Shown: positions 1 through 8,603 of the stretch, piece by piece
Layout of the letters: the number at the start of each line of letters is the position of its first letter
Position numbering within the stretch: the stretch's first letter is position 1
Sequence record: SRR20825019_641
Length of the DNA: 41,067 nt
Direction: 5' to 3' (one strand)
Notes under the pieces: generated by a model
The model's database searches: none
What the model was told of the DNA's origin: nothing
Seen by the model: the letters and a program-made list of their open reading frames with translations, nothing else
Position numbers and translations under genes: made by a program

Positions 1-945
1 TCCTGTAATGGTTGCTCCAGATTCTTTTTTAAACTGGAGGGCTGTACCTCCAACGGAAGAAACAGCGGTCAAATTAACCAAACTTGGGTTTTTGTTCTCT
101 CCATCTGCTTCAACAACAGTAGAGAATCCAGAAGTGTGAACTACATAAGCGTTTGTCAATGTACCGTTCCATCCTTCAGTCCAATCAATAGCGTCGTCTT
201 CGTTGTTTTCCAAATAGAAGTTGGAAGCGGAAACAGTTCCGCCGAAAAACTCAACACCATCATCAGTACCGTTAAGTACGGCAACATTGCTTATTGTGGT
301 ACCTGAACCAACTGCGTAAAGAGTAAGACCATTGTACTGAGATTCTGTACTGATCTGTGCGCCGGCATAGTTGATGATCAAGTAATCGATACTACCAGAA
401 TTGTCGGCATCGTCAGTACCTCCATAGATGATACCGCCTACTTCAGCTTCGGCATCCACGCCTTCGGTAGTGGTTGCGTTACCAGCAAGAATTAAACCAC
501 CCCAATCACCTGGCTCTTCGTTTGCAGAAGTAAGGATAACAGGGTTGGCCTCGGTACCTTGAACATCAATCATACCTCCTTTTTGTACAACGATGTAAGT
601 TTTGGTTTCGGTACCATCTTCAACCTCGGCTGTAATTGTTGTTCCAGCAGGGATGGTCAAAGTAGCTCCGGACTCCACGCTAAAAGAACCTTGTAGAACA
701 TAGGTCTCAGCTGGGTCTAGGGTCATATCCTCGGATATTGAACCTGTAAGCGTTGTAGCTGGATTTTCACATGGCTCGCAAGAACCACCACAGTCTACTC
801 CTGTTTCATCCCCGTTTTGGATATTGTCATCACAGGTAGGCGTGGTTGGATTATCCCCGCCATTATCATCACCACTACAACTGGTAAAAACCAGTGCCAT
901 TGTGGCTAGCGATAACATTGAAAGTTTCAAAATTTTCGTTTTCAT
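1..945 (-). CDS. Surface lipoprotein (3' end runs off the window), probable beta-helix/pectin-lyase-like fold; partner of the adjacent TonB-dependent transporter
   Basis: Not in the ORF track because there is no stop in the window; translated by hand from ATG at 945: MKTKILKLSMLSLATMALVFTSC-SGDDNGGDNPTTPTCDDNIQNGDETGVDCGGSCEPC...GATLTIPAGTTI...GTEANPVILTS...PGDWGGLILAG...DNSGSIDYLIINYAG...NGLTLYAVGSGT...DDGVEFFGG...DDAIDWTEG. Lipobox FTSC; frame is open for 315 codons to the window edge. Confidence 0.85.
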   Translation of the reverse strand, partial: MKTKILKLSMLSLATMALVFTSCSGDDNGGDNPTTPTCDDNIQNGDETGVDCGGSCEPCENPATTLTGSISEDMTLDPAETYVLQGSFSVESGATLTIPAGTTITAEVEDGTETKTYIVVQKGGMIDVQGTEANPVILTSANEEPGDWGGLILAGNATTTEGVDAEAEVGGIIYGGTDDADNSGSIDYLIINYAGAQISTESQYNGLTLYAVGSGTTISNVAVLNGTDDGVEFFGGTVSASNFYLENNEDDAIDWTEGWNGTLTNAYVVHTSGFSTVVEADGENKNPSLVNLTAVSSVGGTALQFKKESGATITG

Positions 946-993
946 AAAAGAAATGGATTTAGATTAATTATTAGACTATTGTATTGATTAGCG

Positions 994-3897
994 TTAAAAA
1001 GTATATTTAAGTCCAAGGCTAAATGTTCTGCCCAAAGTATAAGAGCGAACTACATCGGTAATAGTCTCTCTTTGTGGGGCGCCTGGTCCCAAACGTACTT
1101 CTCTGTCATCTGAAAATGCTTCCAATTCCGCTCTACTTTCAGAAGTCAAGTAGTTTATGGACTGTTCTATTTTTGGATTTAACAAGTTTTGTCCGGATAA
1201 CGATACTTGAAAGTTTTGTCCAAACTGCTTACTGATTTTTGAGTTCAACACCACGAATCCTTTTTCCAAAATGGCATCATTATAACGGGTATCCCAATCT
1301 TCTTGAGCTCTTGCAAATCCCATGGCAAAAATCTTGTCCGAAGCATAGCTTGCTGATACGTTGGCTACCCAATTGTTGGAGGTTTCCAAGTTTAAACTAC
1401 TGTTCATGATCCAATCGGAAGCACCTTGTAGGGGGGCATTTTTATTGGTTCCGTATCTAAAAGTTTCTATAATTGCACCTTCTTCCGTGGTTCTTTCGAT
1501 AAGGTCTTGCTCGTGCCACATTCTACTGGCGTTTAGTACCAAACTTAGTGTTGGTCCTAATGGGTTGCCGTTCTCATCGTTCATTTCAGGAGTGATGATA
1601 TCTATTTTGGATTCTATCTCGATACCATAGATAGTGGCTTCTTCCCCTGTGTTTCTAAAGGTGAACAAGGCACCATCGGAACCACGTGCACGTACTTTGT
1701 TGATGGGGTCTTCTATGCTTTTATAAAACAAGGAAGCAGAAACCAGCTGACCCCTAGTTGGAAAGAACTCCCATTTAAGGTCAAAGTTGTTGGCGAACGA
1801 AGCTTCCAATGCATTATCTCCAACAGTACCAAAAACTTGTTGCCCTGTGGGGGAAATGTATCGAAAAGGAGCAATTTCCTTAAACTCTGGAAGTGTGATG
1901 CTGCGGCTGGCAGCAAAACGAAGGGCATGTTCTTCGTTAAGTGCATATTTTATGTTCAAACTAGGATAAACGTTGGTATAATCCCTTGAAACGGAACCAA
2001 CTTCACCGCCAGGTGCATTGGCCACATCATAGTTTACTACGATTTCATCTTGTTGTGCCCTAAGTCCGGCGTTAAAGTTCCAGTTTCCAAAGCCAACGTT
2101 AAAAAGAGCAAACCCTGCAATGGATTCATACTCACCGGTATATTCATCCTTTACTTCTCCAGCTTCGTTGGACTGGAAAGCGATGATTTCCAAAATATTG
2201 TTATTGAAGTTGGCATCTGTAAAAATCTGATCAAGATCATCCAATGAAGTGGAGCTTGGTCTATTGTCATCTACGTTGGAAACTCCATAAAAAGTAGATT
2301 CAAAATCTCTTGTCTTTTTTCTATAGTTCGCCCCAAGGTCAATGTAAAATTTTTTATTTTCTTCATCAATGATTTTCAGCCTATCTTTTAAGAGACCGTT
2401 GTACTCTTCATCATCAATTGTCTGGGAAAGTTTTCTTGATTCAAAGGCACTGTTTTCGTAGAGAAAAGCATTTACGGGGTCTGAGGTAAAGTTGATGATG
2501 TTACGAATCCTGTTCGGCTCATCGGCGTTAAGTTTGTTATAACTAACGGCCCAGTCCAATACATTTTTTTCTCCAAACTTGTGGTTACCGATTAATTGGG
2601 TAACAAACAAACGGGTCTGCTTGGTGTTTTGATCTCTTAAAAAATCAGAAAAATCTCCTATGGTCTCTTCCTGAATGTTACCAAAACCGTTTCTACCTCC
2701 TTCTGACACTACATCATTTAATGTATTTACAAAAAGCGTTACAGATTTTATTATGTTTTTTTCATCTTGGTAGGTAAGGTCCAACATGGCATTGTTTACA
2801 TGCTCTGTTTCCCACTGTTGAAAATCTGTAATGGAATCTGTAACCGTTACCTGATCATAAATCAAAAATTCGCCAGGGCTGTAATATTTATGATTTTTGG
2901 AGTTGGACAATGTACCAAACACTTTGAACTTGTTGTCAAAAAAGGATTTTCCACCACTAATGTTGACGCCCATATTGGCTGGTGTTTCAACAGTACTGGC
3001 GTCCCATGATTGGTTGGTGATTTGATCTCTAATGTCGATATCGGTATCGTAAAATCCGAGAGAGGTATCTTCGTAGTTTGCTGTTACCTTAAAACCTTGC
3101 CCGTCCGATCCATCGCCAATAGCATTGGTGTTGGCTCCAATGGAAACACCCACTTCCAATTCACTGGTTCCGGACAATTCCCTTGAGGCAATATTTATAT
3201 TACCGGAAGCTTGGTCGGCAGAAGTGGCAGCAGAATAGGTTTTGCTAATACTCACGTTTTGGATTACCCTAGTTGGGAACAAGCCAAGGTCTATGTTTTT
3301 TTTCTCGATGTCATCGGATGGAATAGGAAGACCATTAAAGGTAGTGGTCAAATATCTATCTCCAAGACCACGAACAAATACATCTCCAGAAGCTTCACTT
3401 TCAGTAACACCGGAGATTTTAGTAGCGGCAGATTTTACATCGGAGATTCCTAAATTTCCTAATTCTACAGCGCCGATACTTTCCTTTATTTCAATTGCTC
3501 TTTTTTGATCTAATAGTAAGGCAGTCTCGGAATCTTTCCTGGCTACAGTGGTAACTACTACTTCATCTAGTGCCATTCCCTGTCCAGCACTCATTGGAAC
3601 GTCTACGCTAGTAACTTTTCCAGCTTCTACTGTTACATTTGGGATTTCTACGGTTTCATAACCTAAATAACTATATACTAAAATGTAAGTGCCCGGGGCA
3701 ATCCCGGAAACTTCATAAAGGCCATCAAAATCGGAAGTAGTTCCAATAGTGGTACCCTTAATTACCACATTGGCAAAAGCAAGTGGCTCATTGTTGTACT
3801 CTTGGTCGGTTAGTTTACCGACAATGCTACCCGTGGATTGCTGGGCGCTGCTCAGTGATGTTGCAAACAAGGCAAAAATCAGTAAAAAATATTTCAT
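994..3897 (-). CDS. TonB-dependent outer-membrane transporter with N-terminal carboxypeptidase-regulatory-like domain, likely Pho-regulated
   Basis: Signal peptide from the ATG at 3897 (MKYFLLIFALFATSLSSA), preferred over the upstream GTG at 3930; EPLAFANVVIKGTTIGTTSDFDG N-terminal domain; LDEVVVT TonB-box-like segment; plug motif VFVRGLGDRY; C-terminal GRTFSLGLKYTF beta-signal. Confidence 0.92.
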   Translation of the reverse strand: MKYFLLIFALFATSLSSAQQSTGSIVGKLTDQEYNNEPLAFANVVIKGTTIGTTSDFDGLYEVSGIAPGTYILVYSYLGYETVEIPNVTVEAGKVTSVDVPMSAGQGMALDEVVVTTVARKDSETALLLDQKRAIEIKESIGAVELGNLGISDVKSAATKISGVTESEASGDVFVRGLGDRYLTTTFNGLPIPSDDIEKKNIDLGLFPTRVIQNVSISKTYSAATSADQASGNINIASRELSGTSELEVGVSIGANTNAIGDGSDGQGFKVTANYEDTSLGFYDTDIDIRDQITNQSWDASTVETPANMGVNISGGKSFFDNKFKVFGTLSNSKNHKYYSPGEFLIYDQVTVTDSITDFQQWETEHVNNAMLDLTYQDEKNIIKSVTLFVNTLNDVVSEGGRNGFGNIQEETIGDFSDFLRDQNTKQTRLFVTQLIGNHKFGEKNVLDWAVSYNKLNADEPNRIRNIINFTSDPVNAFLYENSAFESRKLSQTIDDEEYNGLLKDRLKIIDEENKKFYIDLGANYRKKTRDFESTFYGVSNVDDNRPSSTSLDDLDQIFTDANFNNNILEIIAFQSNEAGEVKDEYTGEYESIAGFALFNVGFGNWNFNAGLRAQQDEIVVNYDVANAPGGEVGSVSRDYTNVYPSLNIKYALNEEHALRFAASRSITLPEFKEIAPFRYISPTGQQVFGTVGDNALEASFANNFDLKWEFFPTRGQLVSASLFYKSIEDPINKVRARGSDGALFTFRNTGEEATIYGIEIESKIDIITPEMNDENGNPLGPTLSLVLNASRMWHEQDLIERTTEEGAIIETFRYGTNKNAPLQGASDWIMNSSLNLETSNNWVANVSASYASDKIFAMGFARAQEDWDTRYNDAILEKGFVVLNSKISKQFGQNFQVSLSGQNLLNPKIEQSINYLTSESRAELEAFSDDREVRLGPGAPQRETITDVVRSYTLGRTFSLGLKYTF

Positions 3898-3945
3898 TAT
3901 CAGGTATATATTTGGCGCAAAGAACGCCACAGGTTGTAAAAGCCG

Positions 3946-3994
3946 TGTTAGTTGTATGTTAAGTGTTTATTTCAGTTTTGTTACAATAAGGTTA
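3946..3994. promoter_or_regulatory. Putative Pho-box array (PhoB binding), direct repeats with 11-bp period
   Basis: GTTA occurs at 3947, 3958, 3980 and 3991, with a degenerate ATTT at 3969. The minus strand reads TAACC-N6-TAACA-N6-AAATA-N6-TAACA-N6-TAACA. An 11-bp period is typical of OmpR/PhoB-family operators. Lies between the divergent transporter and phoB. Confidence 0.7.
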
Positions 3995-4041
3995 CTAGAT
4001 TAAATCAACGTTAAGCGTTTATCCCGTAAGTGTATTATCTT

Positions 4042-4049
4042 TACATTTG
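4042..4049 (+). promoter_or_regulatory. Bacteroidota housekeeping promoter -7 element for phoBR
   Basis: TACATTTG matches TAnnTTTG, 26 nt upstream of the phoB ATG. Confidence 0.6.
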
Positions 4050-4075
4050 GGCGTTTAACACAGAAATACCATCCC

Positions 4076-4762
4076 ATGAAAAACAAGGACATTAAGATTC
4101 TATTGGTAGACGATGAACCTGATATTCTGGAAATTATAAGCTATAACCTTTCTGCCGAAGGGTACGAAGTATTCACTGCCAAAAACGGAGTGGAAGGAGT
4201 TGCGAAGGCCAAGAAGAAAAGCCCCCATCTTATTATTATGGATGTTATGATGCCGGAAATGGATGGTATTGAGGCATGCGAAGTAATCCGAAGCACACCG
4301 GGGTTGGATCATACTATAATCACTTTCTTGACGGCACGAGGAGAAGATTATTCCCAAGTGGCCGGTTTTGATGCAGGGGCAGACGATTATATCACCAAGC
4401 CCATAAAACCAAAAGTATTGGTTAGCAAAGTGAAGGCCTTGTTGCGAAGGTTGAAAGATGACAAGAAGGAAGTGGAAGATATCGTCAAAGTCGGAGAGAT
4501 TATCATCAATAGGGAAGAGTACAAAATTGTGAACGATGGTGAAGAAATGGTCCTGCCAAGAAAGGAATTTGAGCTTCTTTCACTTTTAACATCCAAACCA
4601 AACAAAGTCTTTAAACGAGAAGTAATCTTGGATAAAGTTTGGGGCAACGAAGTGGTGGTTGGTGGCCGAACCATAGATGTTCATATTAGAAAATTACGCG
4701 AAAAAATCGGAGATCACCACTTTAAAACCGTTAAAGGTGTGGGGTATAAGTTTGTACTCTAA
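4076..4762 (+). CDS. phoB: OmpR/PhoB-family response regulator (PhoB/PhoP)
   Basis: Receiver motifs ILLVDDE, MDVMMP (phospho-Asp), FLTA, GADDYITKP; winged helix ...VWG...RTIDVHIRKLREKIG...TVKGVGYKF; overlaps the kinase start by 1 nt. Confidence 0.85.
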   Translation: MKNKDIKILLVDDEPDILEIISYNLSAEGYEVFTAKNGVEGVAKAKKKSPHLIIMDVMMPEMDGIEACEVIRSTPGLDHTIITFLTARGEDYSQVAGFDAGADDYITKPIKPKVLVSKVKALLRRLKDDKKEVEDIVKVGEIIINREEYKIVNDGEEMVLPRKEFELLSLLTSKPNKVFKREVILDKVWGNEVVVGGRTIDVHIRKLREKIGDHHFKTVKGVGYKFVL

Positions 4763-5847
4763 TGGCCATAAAACTAAAGAAATCATACAAATTTGCACTT
4801 CGATCTTCTTTGGTTATCACCATTTTGATCACTCTGGTATTTATAGGATTTCATATGGATGTTGACCATATAGATTGGTCGCACACCCTACTTTTTGCCT
4901 TGATAAGTTTTGGTATTTGTTTTGCCATCATTCAAATCCGTGTAGAACGCTTCATTTATAGGCGAATCAAAAGAATTTATGATGATGTCTCCCTTCTGGA
5001 GTCATCTTCCTTCTCCTCAAAACCTGTAACCACCGATATGCGCACCTTGGTACAGGAAATTGAAAAATTTGCCGAAGGAAAGAAAATAGAGATAGATACT
5101 CTTAAAATCCGTGAAGAATACAGAAAGGATTTTCTGGGCAACGTTTCCCACGAGCTAAAAACACCACTATTTACGGTCCAAGGTTATATTTTGACCTTAC
5201 TCGATGGTGCCATGAAGGATAAAAAGCTGCGAAAAAAATATCTGCAACGTGCTAACAAGGGTGTAGAAAGGCTCATATATATTGTAAAGGATCTTGATCT
5301 TATCACCAAACTGGAAGCAGGTGAACTGAAATTGGAAAGAGAGGATTTTGATATCATCGAGCTTATACAGAACACCTTTGACCTATTGGAAATGAAAGCG
5401 GCCAGAAAGGAAATCTCACTCACCTTTGATATGGAATACCCAAACCCTGTCTACGTGAACGGGGACAAGGAAAAGATACAACAAGTAATAAGTAACCTTT
5501 TGGTGAACTCTATTAAATATGGGCTGCCCAAAGGAACCACGGAGGTAAGTGTAGAAAACTTAATTAAAAATAAGGTGATCGTTCGGGTAACTGATAATGG
5601 AGGGGGTATCCCCAAACAGCATATTCCAAGATTGTTCGAACGATTTTATCGTGTGGACCAAAGTGGCAGCCGAGCCGAGGGAGGGTCCGGTCTTGGACTT
5701 TCCATTGTGAAGCACATTGTAGAAGGCCACGGCGAAAAAATTTATGTGGAGAGCGAGGTCGATGTAGGTTCCGAATTCTCATTTACATTGGAAAAAGCTA
5801 AGGCTCCGGTATCCGTAGCAGAGAAAACTTCAAACAAGGAAGAATAG
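4762..5847 (+). CDS. phoR: Sensor histidine kinase (PhoR-like), two N-terminal TM helices
   Basis: H-box FLGNVSHELKTPL, N-box NLLVNSIKYG, G1 DNGGGI, F-box LFERFYRVD, G2 GGSGLGLSIVKH; translationally coupled to phoB. Confidence 0.85.
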   Translation: MAIKLKKSYKFALRSSLVITILITLVFIGFHMDVDHIDWSHTLLFALISFGICFAIIQIRVERFIYRRIKRIYDDVSLLESSSFSSKPVTTDMRTLVQEIEKFAEGKKIEIDTLKIREEYRKDFLGNVSHELKTPLFTVQGYILTLLDGAMKDKKLRKKYLQRANKGVERLIYIVKDLDLITKLEAGELKLEREDFDIIELIQNTFDLLEMKAARKEISLTFDMEYPNPVYVNGDKEKIQQVISNLLVNSIKYGLPKGTTEVSVENLIKNKVIVRVTDNGGGIPKQHIPRLFERFYRVDQSGSRAEGGSGLGLSIVKHIVEGHGEKIYVESEVDVGSEFSFTLEKAKAPVSVAEKTSNKEE

Positions 5848-6884
5848 TCAGTGGTCGATTCAAACTGAGCCAAACCCGAGAATTTTTCGATTCTGGATAA
5901 ATCTTTCACAGTAAAATCCTCTTGACTGGAAAAAGGGACAAGTCCTTGTTTTTGCATTCGTTTGGCCAAGTATTCTTGTTCATATTGCCCTGGAGTAGGA
6001 ATAAAAAATGCCTTTTTCTCCAATTTTGCTAGATCCATAACCGTGGTGTATCCCGATCTACATAGCACTTTATCACTCTGGTTTATGGCAGTTTCTAGTT
6101 CGGCGGATTTCATAAAATTGTAGTGCCGTATTTTTCCTCTTGGGGTTTGAATCTCTTCCACAACCTGTTCGTCCTCTATTTTACCTTTTACAAAGAGAAT
6201 ATTGCCTTCAAATGGTTGTAATTCACTAAGTAGTTTCTCCTCCAGCATTGTTCGTTGAGGTTCCGGACCGGATAGTAAAACCATCAAGTCATTGGTGATG
6301 GCAAGTTGTTTTTTTTCAAACCGGCTTAAAGGACCCAAATACACAATGTTCAATTTGGATTTTTTTAAGTGGCCCAATTTTCCGGTCAAGTTGGGTTTGT
6401 CCTTTACATCGGGTACCCAGCAAGCATCAAATTTTTTAATGATTTTTTGATGTGCTTTGGAACTCATCCAAGTCGTGTTACCGGAAAGTACATTGAGTTG
6501 ATGCGTAATAAATACACAGGGCACTTTTTTATAGTAGGCACCCAATCGGTTATCGGAGATAATTCCGTCCAAACCATGTTCTTTCACCAATCTTTTCACC
6601 GCTTTTTTCTCCTTGGCCATGGCCTTCAGCACCTTTGGTGAGTCCCAGATCATTTTTATTTTGAAGTTCTTCCCCTTTTCTGCGTAAGAAATCTTGTAAG
6701 AGGGGAGTTCAAATGCCGGGATATGGGGGAACTCTTTCTTCAACAGTGATAGTGCAACGCCGTCCGATGCGATATGGGGTTGATGACCGTGCCGCAATAA
6801 TTCATGAATAATAGGGATACACCTAGTAGCATGTCCCAGTCCCCAATTCAATGGAGCTACCAGAATACGTTTGGAAGAATTCAT
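5742..6884 (-). CDS. GT-B glycosyltransferase (GT28 C-terminal / MJ1255-like)
   Basis: N-terminal LNWGLGHATRC, IISDNR, C-terminal CRSGYTTVMDL...IPTPGQYEQ; ATG at 6884 preferred over GTG at 6890; 3' end overlaps phoR. Confidence 0.85.
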   Translation of the reverse strand: MNSSKRILVAPLNWGLGHATRCIPIIHELLRHGHQPHIASDGVALSLLKKEFPHIPAFELPSYKISYAEKGKNFKIKMIWDSPKVLKAMAKEKKAVKRLVKEHGLDGIISDNRLGAYYKKVPCVFITHQLNVLSGNTTWMSSKAHQKIIKKFDACWVPDVKDKPNLTGKLGHLKKSKLNIVYLGPLSRFEKKQLAITNDLMVLLSGPEPQRTMLEEKLLSELQPFEGNILFVKGKIEDEQVVEEIQTPRGKIRHYNFMKSAELETAINQSDKVLCRSGYTTVMDLAKLEKKAFFIPTPGQYEQEYLAKRMQKQGLVPFSSQEDFTVKDLSRIEKFSGLAQFESTTDYSSLFEVFSATDTGALAFSNVNENSEPTSTSLST

Positions 6885-6925
6885 ACCCACAAAAAAACAA
6901 AATGCGAATTGCTTTTAGATTTCCT

Positions 6926-6933
6926 TAGTTTTG
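6926..6933 (+). promoter_or_regulatory. Putative -7 promoter element for trmB-lysE-atl
   Basis: TAGTTTTG matches TAnnTTTG, 36 nt upstream of the trmB start. Confidence 0.5.
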
Positions 6934-6969
6934 CCAAATCATTAATTTTTTGCTCAATCAAATACCAAA

Positions 6970-7638
6970 GTGGGAAGTAAAAACAAATTAAAAAGGTTCA
7001 AGGAGAACGAAACATTTACCAATGTGGTGCAACCCGCGCGGGAAGAGGTTTTGGATGGATTCGAATACAAAGGCAGATGGGCCTCTTTTTTCGGAAACGA
7101 TAACCCCATTGTATTGGAATTGGGTTGTGGTAAGGGCGAATACACCGTTGGACTTGCACAAATAAATCCGGACAAGAACCATATCGGAATAGATATAAAA
7201 GGAGCACGTTTTTGGAGAGGTGCAAAAACCGCTTTGGAAGAAAAATTAAATAATGTCGCCTTTTTGCGCTCGCAAATAGAGCTGGTGGACCACCTATTCG
7301 CAGAGGGAGAGGTCAGCGAAATCTGGATTACTTTTCCTGATCCTCAGATTAAATACAAACGAGCCAAGCATAGAATGACGAACCCTGAGTTTCTGGAGCG
7401 CTACAAAAAAATTCTGGCCCCAGGAGGATTGATCAACTTAAAGACCGATAGCGAGTATATGCACGGCTATACATTGGGACTTTTACAAGGCTTGGGACAC
7501 GAAATTGTGTATGCGAATCATGATGTTTATAAGAATGAGGGAGCCCCTCAAGAAGTTCTTGGAATTCAGACTTTCTACGAAAATCAGTATCTTGAGAAAG
7601 GAAAATCAATTACCTATATCCAATTTAGGATCAACTAA
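6970..7638 (+). CDS. trmB: tRNA (guanine-N7)-methyltransferase TrmB
   Basis: SAM motif IVLELGCGKG, GIDIK, hallmark ITFPDPQ and LKTD; GTG start. Confidence 0.95.
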   Translation: MGSKNKLKRFKENETFTNVVQPAREEVLDGFEYKGRWASFFGNDNPIVLELGCGKGEYTVGLAQINPDKNHIGIDIKGARFWRGAKTALEEKLNNVAFLRSQIELVDHLFAEGEVSEIWITFPDPQIKYKRAKHRMTNPEFLERYKKILAPGGLINLKTDSEYMHGYTLGLLQGLGHEIVYANHDVYKNEGAPQEVLGIQTFYENQYLEKGKSITYIQFRIN

Positions 7639-7641
7639 CCA

Positions 7642-8277
7642 ATGACCCACGTACTCATACTCTTTTTTGCCACATTTTCGGCGGCCTTTATGGCCACCGT
7701 GCCACCGGGCTTGCTCAATATGAATGCGGCCAAGGTTAGTGTGGAAAAAGGGAAGCTGAACGGAATTATTTTTAGCTTGGGCGTTTCCAGTACCATAATG
7801 GTACAGGCATACATTGCGGTTTATATTTCCAAGTTTTTGTACCGTAATCCAGAGGTAATCGATGTTCTATTTAAGATTGCGGTCGCTGTTTTTGCCTTTT
7901 TTGCCGTCTATTTTTTTATTATGGCCAAGCGTAACAAAACTCAGTCGCAGGCTATTAAAGAGGTCAATCTGAGCAAAAAGAACAGTTTTTTTAAAGGGGT
8001 TTTGTTGGCAGCTCTCAATTTATTGACCATTCCATACTATAGTGGATTAAACGCCATGTGGAACGAGGCTGGGTGGATTAAATTCGAGGCCAAGGACATC
8101 ACTACCTTTGTTGTGGCTGCCGGGGTAGGGACATTTTCTGTTTTATACCTCTACACTTTCTATTTTGATAAGATGGAAACCAAGACCAACCGGTTCTCCA
8201 AGAACTCCAATTATATTTTGAGTGCTTTGATGCTCTTGCTATTGATCATTACACTGATTCGAATCATGTATCGCTGA
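7642..8277 (+). CDS. LysE/RhtB-family translocator
   Basis: Very hydrophobic 211 aa with N-terminal PPGLLN and central SFFKGVLLAALN, typical of the LysE superfamily. Confidence 0.75.
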   Translation: MTHVLILFFATFSAAFMATVPPGLLNMNAAKVSVEKGKLNGIIFSLGVSSTIMVQAYIAVYISKFLYRNPEVIDVLFKIAVAVFAFFAVYFFIMAKRNKTQSQAIKEVNLSKKNSFFKGVLLAALNLLTIPYYSGLNAMWNEAGWIKFEAKDITTFVVAAGVGTFSVLYLYTFYFDKMETKTNRFSKNSNYILSALMLLLLIITLIRIMYR

Positions 8278-8278
8278 T

Positions 8279-8602
8279 ATGGAAGAAAAAAACTTCTTTG
8301 ATAAAGTGTATGAAGTTGCCAAGGAGATTCCTTATGGCAGGGTTACCTCATATGGTGCCATTGCCAAATATTTAGGGGCTGCTCGAAGTGCCCGAATGGT
8401 GGGTTGGGCCATGAACAATTCCTTGGCAAAGGACGTTCCTGCACATCGCGTGGTGAACCGAGTGGGCGTGTTAACAGGAAAGCACCATTTTGATGGAAGC
8501 AACATTATGCAACAGCTTCTTGAAAATGAAGGTATCCCAGTAAAGGACAATCAAATCGTCGATTTTCGAAAATATTTTTGGGATCCTGCGCAGGAACTTT
8601 GA
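8279..8602 (+). CDS. Alkyltransferase-like protein (ATL/YbaZ-type, MGMT DNA-binding family)
   Basis: IPYGRVTSYGAIA, ARMVGWAM; active-site motif is PAHRV, with Ala instead of the catalytic Cys of PCHRV. Confidence 0.85.
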   Translation: MEEKNFFDKVYEVAKEIPYGRVTSYGAIAKYLGAARSARMVGWAMNNSLAKDVPAHRVVNRVGVLTGKHHFDGSNIMQQLLENEGIPVKDNQIVDFRKYFWDPAQEL

Positions 8603-8603
8603 A

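Noticed and set aside
994-3897. SusC/SusD polysaccharide utilisation locus
   Set aside because: The partner lipoprotein is not SusD-like, no CAZymes are adjacent, and the context is phoBR.
8279-8602. Active O6-methylguanine methyltransferase (ogt)
   Set aside because: The catalytic Cys is replaced (PAHRV) and the N-terminal domain is missing.
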